A stretch of 64,000 nt of DNA from a virus, in the IMG/VR virus record IMGVR_UViG_3300042330_000433, positions 28,213 through 92,212 of that record. The stretch is one strand, 5' to 3'. Position numbers and translations under genes: made by a program. This document shows positions 31,048 to 40,474 of the stretch, one piece after another. The notes under the pieces were generated by a model. That model ran no database searches and was not told where the DNA came from. It saw only the letters and a program-made list of their open reading frames with translations. Every line of letters starts with the position of its first letter. Positions within the stretch are counted from its first letter, which is position 1.

Positions 31048-32308
31048 TATCTCTATATTTTGTTAAACAATCTTGAACTCCATCACAATAAATTATATTG
31101 TAATCAGTTACATCTTGAATCATTTTATTAAACCACACAACTTCTTGTGTACCTTGTGTTACAATAATAAATACATTGCCAACTTTATCTTTATTTTGTC
31201 TTAATCTACCCATCATTTGAATAAGTTTCACTTGTGAGCTATAATAAGACATTATAAAGCAATTATCTAAATCTGGTAAGTTAGCACCTTGAACTAATTT
31301 TTTAAAAGATCCAATTACAGTAATTATATCTTTTTCAAAATTATTTAAAATTACATTATTTACACTATCTGAATTTAAAGATGATACTATATTTGGTGTA
31401 ATTTTTTTTAAAGATTCTAAACTTGTTCCAAAAACAATACTTTTAGTTTTAATATTAGCTAATAAAACTTTAATAATACAAACTTTACTTAATAAATTAT
31501 AAAGTATATTACTTCTTTTATTAGAAGCTTGAATTATTTTTAATTGTCTTTTTTCTTCAAATCTAACCCAATCTTCATTTTCTTTAGGTTCTAAATTTAC
31601 AGCTTCATTAAATAGTTTAGTTGCATATGAATAAGCACTAGCTTCAGTTTGATAAAAAGGTGAATGTTTTGCACCACCTAATACATTCTTATTAACACTA
31701 TCCAATTTATTTTGTATAACATAAATATTTAATTTACGAGAAGTGTTATCTAGTTGTCCTTGATTAACTGTGTATTTAAAGCAAATAGGAGCGATTTTAG
31801 CAATCATTTCATATTTGTTAATCATATCTTTACCAAAGAAATTTCGAAGCGGCAAATCCTTTTTAATTGTATAATATTGTTCACTTTTTAATAATGCTGT
31901 TAATCCAATAACTGCATCATATTTATTATAAATGTGAAATTTAATATATTCAGGTGTTAATTGTTCGTGAATTTCATCACAACCAACTAAACCAAATTTA
32001 TAATTTTTCCATTTATAAACTTCTTGATAGCAATGAAACTGTAAATTATACATTGCTAGAACGTCAACATTATAAATTTTATTAAAAACTTTAATTTGTT
32101 CTTGTAAATCTCTATCTCTGGCAGTTGTTTCAGCTAAAAATAAATGTACAGTATCTTGTTGATGTTTTGGCATAGTCATTAATGCTTTTAAAAATATAAA
32201 CATTTTTCCAATACCTGTAATAGCTTCAACTGTACCTCTTTTACCTAAATAAATCCATTTTTCTATCGCATCATCTTGTATTCTATTTTTCTTTTCGTTT
32301 AATTCCAT
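31037..32308 (-). CDS. Superfamily 2 helicase
   Basis: TGIGK Walker A, DEIH, GLTA, QMMGRLR. Confidence 0.85.
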   Translation of the reverse strand: MELNEKKNRIQDDAIEKWIYLGKRGTVEAITGIGKMFIFLKALMTMPKHQQDTVHLFLAETTARDRDLQEQIKVFNKIYNVDVLAMYNLQFHCYQEVYKWKNYKFGLVGCDEIHEQLTPEYIKFHIYNKYDAVIGLTALLKSEQYYTIKKDLPLRNFFGKDMINKYEMIAKIAPICFKYTVNQGQLDNTSRKLNIYVIQNKLDSVNKNVLGGAKHSPFYQTEASAYSYATKLFNEAVNLEPKENEDWVRFEEKRQLKIIQASNKRSNILYNLLSKVCIIKVLLANIKTKSIVFGTSLESLKKITPNIVSSLNSDSVNNVILNNFEKDIITVIGSFKKLVQGANLPDLDNCFIMSYYSSQVKLIQMMGRLRQNKDKVGNVFIIVTQGTQEVVWFNKMIQDVTDYNIIYCDGVQDCLTKYRDNAK

Positions 32309-32322
32309 TTATGTTAAAATAA

Positions 32323-32394
32323 AGAGAGAAGTTGGGATTTGAACCCTTTTTTCCTGGAAATTTACCATGTGGTGAACGTTACACCCTTCTCTCT
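32323..32394 (-). ncRNA. tRNA-like element A
   Basis: 9-bp closing stem AGAGAGAAG/CTTCTCTCT; GGG-TTCAAAT-CCC T-arm; two short internal hairpins; no canonical anticodon arm. Confidence 0.55.
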
Positions 32395-32443
32395 ATTATT
32401 AATTAATTATTTATAACAATTTTTTATTAGATATTAATATCAT

Positions 32444-33010
32444 TTATTCACATGATTTACATTCGTTAATCTTATTGTAAACATTTTTAATCCAAGTTTT
32501 AAATTGATCTAAAGTCATATCTGATTTACATCTATTACATATTCTACAACATGGTACAACATTATTTTCAATATAACCTTTTGTATTATCAATTCTATCT
32601 ACTCCATTATAAATGTAAGTTCCAGTTTTATTTTGATTTTTTGCTTTATTTGAAGGTACTTGATCACAATAATGACAATTTTTATTTACAATTTCTAAAA
32701 ACTTTTCTTTTGATATTTTAAATTCGTAATTTCTATTTCTAGCATGTCTAAGATATTGTGTGAAAACACCATTGATAGCAGATTCACCATTAGGTAATGT
32801 TTTTAATAATTTTTTACAATTATTACACATTTTACCTTTTAAAGATCTTAATGTCCATAATCCAATAATTGATTCTTTATCACATTTACAAAGACATTTA
32901 TAAAAAGGTTGTCTAGATTTATTATAGTTTTTAAGATATTCAAAAGATATTATTTGATAATTATTATAAATTTTACCAATATAACTTTCAATATTAATTA
33001 CCCCTGACAT
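32444..33010 (-). CDS. HNH homing endonuclease
   Basis: CHYC...NGVDRIDNTKGYIENNVVPCCRICNRCK; N-terminal CLCKC. Confidence 0.85.
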   Translation of the reverse strand: MSGVINIESYIGKIYNNYQIISFEYLKNYNKSRQPFYKCLCKCDKESIIGLWTLRSLKGKMCNNCKKLLKTLPNGESAINGVFTQYLRHARNRNYEFKISKEKFLEIVNKNCHYCDQVPSNKAKNQNKTGTYIYNGVDRIDNTKGYIENNVVPCCRICNRCKSDMTLDQFKTWIKNVYNKINECKSCE

Positions 33011-34623
33011 GAATCACAATTATTAATATCTCTTGCAAATGATTGAGCTGCATTTTGACTAAATTGATAATACAAAGTTTTAACACCTTCTTCCCAAGCA
33101 TAAATATAAAGTTTATTTATATCTTTAGCTGATACAGAAGGGTGAATTGTTAAATTAACACTTTGTGATTGATCAATAAATTGTTGTCTTTGAGCAGCTT
33201 GTAAAATTACTTCTTTAGGTGTTATTTCAATAAATGATTTAAATACTTCTTTAGTTGGAAAATCTAAATGTTGAACAGATCCATCATTTTTTAAAATAGA
33301 TTCCCAAACTTCTGTTGTATTTAAATTATATTTATCTAATTCCTCAATTAATTTAGGATTTTTATAAACACTCTTAATTTTAGCTAAATCTTTTACAAAA
33401 TAATTAGATTTGATTGGTTCAATACCCATAGAAACTTGTCCTAAAATATATGAACTTGACTTAGTTGGAGCAATTGCTAATAATGTTGTATTAGCAAAAC
33501 CTTTTCTAAGTGATTTCATACCTAAATATTCACAACAAAATTGCGATGCTAAATCACTTTTTTCTTTTAAAGTTTTAAAGATTTTATAATTTTTTTGTTT
33601 AGCTTCTAAAGATTCAAAAGGTATTAAATTTTCTTGTAAATAACTATGATAACCTAATACACCTAAACCAATGGCTCTATGTTCTTTAGCAAATCTCCAT
33701 GCTCTTTTCATTCCAGGTAATGTTTCAGATTTAGTAATAAAATCTGACATAACTGCATTTAAAAATAAAACATAAGTTTCAATAGCTTCAGTTTTTTCTA
33801 TTTCATCCCAATGAAGTAAATTAATAGAACCTAAACAACATACAAATGAATTGTAAGTATCATTAGGTAAAGCTATTTCTGAACATAAATTACTATGATT
33901 GATAGTTAATCCTAATTCTTTATAAGGAGTATTATTATTAACATTATCTTTAAAGAATAAATATGGAAAACCAAATTCACTTCTTCTTTGAATAACTTTT
34001 GCCCAAATAATTCTTTTATCAGAATCACCTGCAATCATAGATTTCATCCATTCATCTGTAATGGTAATACCATACTGTAAATTTTGGATTGGATTACCTT
34101 CTGTACCAATATCTAATAATTCATTAATATCAGCATGTTCAATTGGTAAATATACTGCACATGAACCACGTCTTGTATCAGATTGCTTAAATACATCAAC
34201 TACTGTATCATATATTCTTGCATAATGAACTGGTCCATCAGCTTGTCCACCAATTGATATTTTAGAACCTCTTTTTCTAATATTTCCCAAATATGCAGAT
34301 GTACCTCCGCCATATTTAGACATCATACCAATTTCTCTACCAGCATTTAAAATACTATCAGATGAATCATCAATATTAGTTCCAAAACAACTAATTGCAA
34401 GACCTTTTTCTTTTCCAAAATTAACCCATACTGGTGTAGATAAAGAATAAAATCCTTTTTTCATATATCCTAAAAATTTCATGGCATAATCTTTTATACC
34501 TAATATTTTTTCAGCATGGTTTGCAATTTCTATTAATCTTTCTTCTGGACTTTGTCCTTCACTTAAATAACCACGAGATAAAAATTTTCTCGAGTCATCA
34601 TTTAACCACTTATATTCACTCAT
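32998..34623 (-). CDS. nrdA: Ribonucleotide reductase class I alpha subunit
   Basis: ISCF, SNLCSEI, AIAPTKSS, KTLYY, C-terminal CDSC; no ATP cone. Confidence 0.95.
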   Translation of the reverse strand: MSEYKWLNDDSRKFLSRGYLSEGQSPEERLIEIANHAEKILGIKDYAMKFLGYMKKGFYSLSTPVWVNFGKEKGLAISCFGTNIDDSSDSILNAGREIGMMSKYGGGTSAYLGNIRKRGSKISIGGQADGPVHYARIYDTVVDVFKQSDTRRGSCAVYLPIEHADINELLDIGTEGNPIQNLQYGITITDEWMKSMIAGDSDKRIIWAKVIQRRSEFGFPYLFFKDNVNNNTPYKELGLTINHSNLCSEIALPNDTYNSFVCCLGSINLLHWDEIEKTEAIETYVLFLNAVMSDFITKSETLPGMKRAWRFAKEHRAIGLGVLGYHSYLQENLIPFESLEAKQKNYKIFKTLKEKSDLASQFCCEYLGMKSLRKGFANTTLLAIAPTKSSSYILGQVSMGIEPIKSNYFVKDLAKIKSVYKNPKLIEELDKYNLNTTEVWESILKNDGSVQHLDFPTKEVFKSFIEITPKEVILQAAQRQQFIDQSQSVNLTIHPSVSAKDINKLYIYAWEEGVKTLYYQFSQNAAQSFARDINNCDSCQG

Positions 34624-35597
34624 TAAAACAAATCATTTTCAGTTATACTCTTACTTTTTTTATTGTAATCAATGGATTTCTTATAAAAGAAGTCACCTTC
34701 TTTTGTTGAACTGATTTCCACATCAAACCATAATGTTGGTTCAAGTAATTCTATGTTTGTTTCAAATGCGTTTTTTAAGTTAATTTTATTTAGTGAATTA
34801 TTAAACCTATTTTTTATAAATTCTTTAATTTGAGCTTTAGATATAAAATCTAATTCTCCTTTTTCAAATATCCAATCTAATATTTCACATTCTGCAGTAT
34901 AAGCTTTCTTACAAGCAGAATATATTAAATCTTCAAATTCTTTGTCGAACCATTCAGGAAATTCAGACTGAATAATGTTAATTATTTCAGCACCAAAATT
35001 ACCATGAATATCTTCTTCTTTACTAGTAGATTCTACTACATTTGATATACCTTTAAATAAATTTTTATCTTTATTAAAAGACATCATTATTAAAAATTGA
35101 CTAAATAAAGATACGTGTTCAATAAATAATGAAAATAACAATACTGATTTAGTATACATTTTATTATCACCACTTCTAGCACCGCTTAAATATTTTTCAA
35201 GATATTTAATTCTATTCTTTATTGCAGGAATTTCAACAACTGTTTCAAATTCTTTTTGTAGACCTAATATAGTTAACAATTTTGCATAAGCATCTTTATG
35301 TCTAACTTCTGATTCTGCAAATGTCATACCAACATCACCAATTTCAGGAATTGGCATATGTTTGTACATATCTGCCCAAAAAGTTTTAACATTAACTTCT
35401 ATTTGTGCAATAGCTAACATTGTTTTTTTTATTACATCTTTTTCTACATCAGTAGTTTTAACATAATAATCTGAGATATCTGTAGTAAAATTATACTCAG
35501 TATCTATCCAATATGAATGTCTGATTGCATCTTTGTATTTGAGCAATTCAGGATACTCATAGGGCATTATATTTATTCTCTTATCGAATATACTCAT
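34623..35597 (-). CDS. nrdB: Ribonucleotide reductase class I beta subunit
   Basis: ESEVRHKDAY, EHVSLFSQF, KEEDIH, DFF. Confidence 0.95.
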   Translation of the reverse strand: MSIFDKRINIMPYEYPELLKYKDAIRHSYWIDTEYNFTTDISDYYVKTTDVEKDVIKKTMLAIAQIEVNVKTFWADMYKHMPIPEIGDVGMTFAESEVRHKDAYAKLLTILGLQKEFETVVEIPAIKNRIKYLEKYLSGARSGDNKMYTKSVLLFSLFIEHVSLFSQFLIMMSFNKDKNLFKGISNVVESTSKEEDIHGNFGAEIINIIQSEFPEWFDKEFEDLIYSACKKAYTAECEILDWIFEKGELDFISKAQIKEFIKNRFNNSLNKINLKNAFETNIELLEPTLWFDVEISSTKEGDFFYKKSIDYNKKSKSITENDLF

Positions 35598-36175
35598 TAA
35601 TTATTTTTATCATTCAACATTTGTGCTGTTGCACTCTCTTTCAACTTTAAAGTTTCGTTACTAACTTCAACTTTTTCTCCGAGTTCTGAATGTAAATCTA
35701 ATTTTATTTTTAGTTTTTCTTCGAGTTGTTTTTTTAATTTTTCATCCTTATAAAGGATTTGTTTGATCTTTAAAATCAGATTTATTCCAGCAGGAATTTT
35801 TCCATACATTTGTGTCCAAAATTTCAGTATTAATTTCTTAGCATCTTCACCAAATTCTGAATATTTGCTATTTTGTAAAGCATAATATTCTGGTAAATAT
35901 TCTTCTGGAAATTTAAAAACATAAACTACTTCTGAACCAATATCTATTAATTTAACAAAATATTGATTGTCAATTAATCTATGTTCATACGCTGTAAATT
36001 CTGGATTTTTAAAACTAAATTCATGTTTAATAAATATACATTCTTGAAATTCATTATTTTCATCAAACATATATGTATTATCTAAATAATTTATGAATTT
36101 AGTTTCTATTCCAATAACTTCAGATATAAGTGGTAGTAAATAAGTCTTACTTGAGTTATATCTTAAATTACTCAT
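35597..36175 (-). CDS. Hypothetical protein
   Basis: 192 aa; YLLPL...KYSEF; coupled to nrdB. Confidence 0.6.
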   Translation of the reverse strand: MSNLRYNSSKTYLLPLISEVIGIETKFINYLDNTYMFDENNEFQECIFIKHEFSFKNPEFTAYEHRLIDNQYFVKLIDIGSEVVYVFKFPEEYLPEYYALQNSKYSEFGEDAKKLILKFWTQMYGKIPAGINLILKIKQILYKDEKLKKQLEEKLKIKLDLHSELGEKVEVSNETLKLKESATAQMLNDKNN

Positions 36176-37196
36176 TTATTTCTATAAAATTATCTTTTAA
36201 ATATACTTCACCATTGTTATCAACAATTTGTTTAGGTATATTATATTCATTATTATCAAAACACCATTTAATTTCTTCACATAGTTCAATTAAACCTTTA
36301 TATCTATATTTACCTATATTAAAACCCTTAATACTAGCATTTAGCCAATTTTTAGACATTTTAAATAACATAGGTATCTTTTCTTTTTTAGAAATATATA
36401 AAAATTCAAAATCTTGTAAAGTATAACCTTTTAAATTTAACATTTCACAGATAGCATTAAATGCTAATGTATAAATAGCTCCTTGGAAATAATATCTCCA
36501 TTTAACAAAGCTATTTTCAAATTCAGCAGCATTATCTGTACCTGTTTTTAAATCTATAAATCTTACTTTTTTATTTTTGTGATCAATTAAAATCTTATCA
36601 ATTACTCCTCTAAAATTAAAACCTAAATGTTTGAATTCAAAATAAAACTGATTTTTATGTTCAAATTCTTCATTGGTAATAACATCTTTAGAATAATTAT
36701 GTGTTTTTAGTATTTCTGCTAATTCTTTAGCATCTTCTAGCTCTTTAGTTGTTACAATTATTTTATCAAATGTTTCAAATATACATTTTAAATACTCCCA
36801 AAATTCAGGAATATTAAAATTAGCTAATAAAGTATCTTGTTTTTGTCTTTTCCATAAATTATTATGGGCAATAATTTGTAAAACTTGTTCTTTATTAGGA
36901 ATATTTGTGTAATTTTTTACAATAATATCACATAACAAACCTAAAGTTGCAGTTGGTTTTTCTCCATCAAATACATAATAATGTTTATTAAAATAATCTT
37001 TATCTTCAAATATTAAATTATCTACTAAAGATCCAATTTTTAAGGCTTGAGTATCATTTGTTTTAGCTCTCACTAAAGCAACTGCACCATTTCTATCAAA
37101 ATCAGAAACTTTACTATAAGATAAATCTTTTAATTTAATATCATTATTCAGTATTTGATTTAATTTGCTTACTTTCTTCTTCTCCATCAATTTCAT
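36168..37196 (-). CDS. PD-(D/E)XK exonuclease (RecB/Cas4-like fold)
   Basis: LSYS, GSLVD, RGVIDK...IDLKT, YYFQGAIY. Confidence 0.85.
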   Translation of the reverse strand: MKLMEKKKVSKLNQILNNDIKLKDLSYSKVSDFDRNGAVALVRAKTNDTQALKIGSLVDNLIFEDKDYFNKHYYVFDGEKPTATLGLLCDIIVKNYTNIPNKEQVLQIIAHNNLWKRQKQDTLLANFNIPEFWEYLKCIFETFDKIIVTTKELEDAKELAEILKTHNYSKDVITNEEFEHKNQFYFEFKHLGFNFRGVIDKILIDHKNKKVRFIDLKTGTDNAAEFENSFVKWRYYFQGAIYTLAFNAICEMLNLKGYTLQDFEFLYISKKEKIPMLFKMSKNWLNASIKGFNIGKYRYKGLIELCEEIKWCFDNNEYNIPKQIVDNNGEVYLKDNFIEINE

Positions 37197-37419
37197 ATAT
37201 AATCAAATCCATTAATAAATCTTGCAATTTATCAGCTATTGTATTTTCAAAATGAAAATCCTGTCCTTCATCAGAATAGTTATTTTCTATTTCAGTATCT
37301 ACAAGTAGTCTTGCTGCATTTATTTGATTTGTTTCTATGTAATTTATGAATTGAGTGTAATTTTTATCAGCAAAAAGCAAAGCTGCTAATTGTTCAATTA
37401 TAATAATGTTTTCTTTCAT
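37144..37419 (-). CDS. Hypothetical protein
   Basis: Packed ORF. Confidence 0.55.
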   Translation of the reverse strand: MKENIIIIEQLAALLFADKNYTQFINYIETNQINAARLLVDTEIENNYSDEGQDFHFENTIADKLQDLLMDLIIYEIDGEEESKQIKSNTE

Positions 37420-37429
37420 TTTTTATTTT

Positions 37430-37885
37430 TTATAAAACTCTTATAAAAACTCCTGGTTTTTCTTTAGAATAACTACTATATTCACCATCAATTTCCATTG
37501 GAAATGGTAAAAATATTGTAGTATCATCATCTTCAATAATGTCGTGAGCAGTAAGTAAATCCGCAATAAGCTGGTTAGCATTATTAAAATCGTATCTATG
37601 CTTACTGCCACGTACAAAATGAAAACCAATTTTATAAGGTTTTACTGTTAAATGTTTTTCAAAAAATTCTCTAGTTTTTTCAAATTCATTTTCTTTAGTT
37701 ACATAACATTTTACTATTTTTCTACTAGCAGAATAAGATTGTATTCCTAATGCTCGTATATATTTAGTAACTGCTTTTGAACTGAAAATACCTTTTGAAG
37801 TTTTAACCTTTGAATTTTTTAGACTTGGGACATTCCCATTTATGAATAAATATTCATTACCATTGAATTCTAAATTCTCTACCAT
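37430..37885 (-). CDS. RusA-like Holliday junction resolvase
   Basis: GNVPSLKNSK...RYDFNN...DLL...IEDD. Confidence 0.7.
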   Translation of the reverse strand: MVENLEFNGNEYLFINGNVPSLKNSKVKTSKGIFSSKAVTKYIRALGIQSYSASRKIVKCYVTKENEFEKTREFFEKHLTVKPYKIGFHFVRGSKHRYDFNNANQLIADLLTAHDIIEDDDTTIFLPFPMEIDGEYSSYSKEKPGVFIRVL

Positions 37886-38531
37886 TTTGTTCTGTAATTT
37901 CTTGGTTAATATCTTCTAACGCGTCGACATTAAGAGTTTGAAATTGCAAAACATTATGTTTTCTTTGATTAATTTTACTAGTGTAGTGCGTACCATTATC
38001 ACCTATAAAAGCAAAAATTACACCTGAATGAATTAACATATCATTTAAATATGTAATAAAATAATTAATAAATTTTGACCATTCTTCTACATCTGGTTTT
38101 TTAGTAGTACCTGTTAAAGCAGTATTTAATAAAAATACACCTTGATCTGTCCAATGTGATAAAGTATAATCTTTATCTACCATAAGACCTCCGCAAATAT
38201 GATTTTCTATACCATTAAATAAATTAAATAATGTAGGATCAAAATCATTGATTAAACTATCTTTATTAGCAAAAGCTAATCCATTACTTCTATGATTAAA
38301 AGTAGGAGTACAATTAATTATTACTACAGTAATATTATTTAATCTAACATCTTTGAACGATTTGAAAATGTCTTTTTTTGAAGGATAATAGTCTTTTTTA
38401 TTTTTATAATTTTCATGTAATGATAACATTAAGTTATACATATCTTCAGTTTGTAAAAATTTATTTAATAAATCAGACCATTGACCCATCAATAAAGAAT
38501 AATCAATTTCTAGTTTATAGTCAATCATCAT
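37857..38531 (-). CDS. Uracil-DNA glycosylase-like protein with degenerate active site
   Basis: YPSKKDIF, NGLAF, LSHWTDQGVFLLNTALT; GQDPY replaced by NCTPT; no HPS motif. Confidence 0.75.
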   Translation of the reverse strand: MMIDYKLEIDYSLLMGQWSDLLNKFLQTEDMYNLMLSLHENYKNKKDYYPSKKDIFKSFKDVRLNNITVVIINCTPTFNHRSNGLAFANKDSLINDFDPTLFNLFNGIENHICGGLMVDKDYTLSHWTDQGVFLLNTALTGTTKKPDVEEWSKFINYFITYLNDMLIHSGVIFAFIGDNGTHYTSKINQRKHNVLQFQTLNVDALEDINQEITEQNGREFRIQW

Positions 38532-38625
38532 CTGATTTTAAATTATTTTCATCTTTATAATATAATAAATCTGGATTATTAATTTCTTCTACTAAAGAAT
38601 TGGGATAATCAATTTTAAAACGCAT
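38521..38625 (-). CDS. Small hypothetical protein (34 aa)
   Basis: MRFKIDYPNSLVEEINNPDLYIIKDENNLKSDDD fills the intergenic gap. Confidence 0.4.
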   Translation of the reverse strand: MRFKIDYPNSLVEEINNPDLLYYKDENNLKSDDD

Positions 38626-38631
38626 TGTAGA

Positions 38632-40473
38632 TTATTCAAGTTGTTGTTTTAATCTTGCCAAAGATGCATCTTGACTAGTTTTAAGTTCATTAACAAATAG
38701 TTTTTCTAATTCAGCATCTGAATCAAATTTTGATTCAGCTTTTTGTTTTAAAGCTGAATTTTTTGATGGTTGTTTAGAACTTGAAAGTCTTACGCCACTA
38801 AATTCATCATCCGTTACTAATTTTGAAGTAGCCATGTTAAATGAAGAATTAGTGGTGAAACTTTTAGGAACACTATAGCGCATTGGTTCTCTAGTGTTTC
38901 TATTTGGTCTATAACTATCATTAAAATCATTAAAATTAGAAAGACTTTTGGTATTATCTTTAGTATCAATATGATTCCATCTAATAACTTTATTACAATG
39001 TATTAAATCTTCATCACCTTCAATTTTACCTCTAGAATTTATTTCTTCTAATCTTCTTACTCGAGTATTGATATAAGAAATATGATAGTTTAATAAATTA
39101 TTTTTTTCACTTTTTTTTAATATTTTTTCATTTCTTAGATATTCATCAATAAAATTTCTAAGATTATCTAATTTAGTAACATTAGAAAAATCTTTTAAAA
39201 TTAATTCAGTATTGTTTACTGTATAATCTAAAATATAAATATTAATTAATAAAAAATTAATAATTTTATCAATATCATAAGTTGGTGTATGAATTCTAAA
39301 TTCAATAGTTTGCTTATTACCAAAAATAATAGGTACTAAATTATTAGCATAATATCTAGTGTTAATATTCCATTTTTGATTACCACTTGGATCTCTTGGA
39401 TGTTCTTTAACATTATCTAAATTATTATTATATGCTGCAAATGGTGTACCTTCTGATAAATAACTAAATATTACATCAAAATTTTTATTAACTTGCTCTT
39501 TGTTTTTAATATCAATTGAAGCATCTAATAAACTATTAACTTTATTAATAGGAAATGGTTTTGAATAATTTTTTCTTTTTACACCAAAATTATATTTCTT
39601 GTATAAAGGAAACATTGAAAACATTTCATCTTGAAAAAATGAAGCTACTTTCCAAAAAGCTAATAGAAATTCAGGTGTTCTAGGTATATTACCAACATGA
39701 TAGTGTAAAGCACAAGATGTATTATACTCTGTTTTACTTTCTAAATGATAAGCAGAATCAATTAATGCCTGTAATCCTATTTCTCCAGATAAAGGTATTG
39801 TAACATACTCTAAACCACTAATAGAACCATCTCTTAAAGGTATTAAAGGTAATACTTTTAAAATATTTTCATTTAGTATACCTTTTACAGTTTCAAATTC
39901 TAAACCAAAAGTATATTTTTTTAGTAAAGGAGCGTAAGTTTTTACACTTTTGGTAATATTAGGTTTATAGTTGGCATTAAATTTTTTAGTAAATTTATCA
40001 GTAATTCCTCTAGAATCATAAGGGAAAGATTCTTTATATTCTTTACTAACATCTTTAATTAAATTAAATAATTTTGCCTTTTTAATAGATATATGATAAA
40101 ATATACCAGTAGATTTTTCTTCTCTATAATCTAATGAGATTATAGATTTATTTAAACATACATGATAGTTATTATCTTTATCAATTAATATTATATTATA
40201 TAATGGGTTGCTTTCAAACAACCCAGTAATTAATTTGTTTTCTTCAAATCTAACTATTCCTTCAATTAAATTTGCATTAGGAAGTGTATATTTACCAACG
40301 GTGTGATTAAATACTAAATTTTCAGGTCTAATATATCTTTTGTTTATTAAATATATTTGTCCAGAATTTTCTTTACTTACATCACCAATTGAATAATATT
40401 GACCATCCACTAATCGACATGTACTTTCAGGAACTTCAAATCCTTCAATATTTTTTACAATTTTATCTTCCAT
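38632..40473 (-). CDS. Putative amidoligase (glutamine-synthetase-fold COOH-NH2 ligase)
   Basis: FGLEFET, DGSISGLEYVT, CALHYHVG, RYYANN, TIEFR. Confidence 0.85.
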   Translation of the reverse strand: MEDKIVKNIEGFEVPESTCRLVDGQYYSIGDVSKENSGQIYLINKRYIRPENLVFNHTVGKYTLPNANLIEGIVRFEENKLITGLFESNPLYNIILIDKDNNYHVCLNKSIISLDYREEKSTGIFYHISIKKAKLFNLIKDVSKEYKESFPYDSRGITDKFTKKFNANYKPNITKSVKTYAPLLKKYTFGLEFETVKGILNENILKVLPLIPLRDGSISGLEYVTIPLSGEIGLQALIDSAYHLESKTEYNTSCALHYHVGNIPRTPEFLLAFWKVASFFQDEMFSMFPLYKKYNFGVKRKNYSKPFPINKVNSLLDASIDIKNKEQVNKNFDVIFSYLSEGTPFAAYNNNLDNVKEHPRDPSGNQKWNINTRYYANNLVPIIFGNKQTIEFRIHTPTYDIDKIINFLLINIYILDYTVNNTELILKDFSNVTKLDNLRNFIDEYLRNEKILKKSEKNNLLNYHISYINTRVRRLEEINSRGKIEGDEDLIHCNKVIRWNHIDTKDNTKSLSNFNDFNDSYRPNRNTREPMRYSVPKSFTTNSSFNMATSKLVTDDEFSGVRLSSSKQPSKNSALKQKAESKFDSDAELEKLFVNELKTSQDASLARLKQQLE

Positions 40474-40474
40474 T

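Noticed and set aside
36168-37196. CRISPR-Cas (Cas4) locus or CRISPR array
   Set aside because: No repeat-spacer array or other cas genes; the nuclease lacks the Fe-S cysteines and sits in the replication module.
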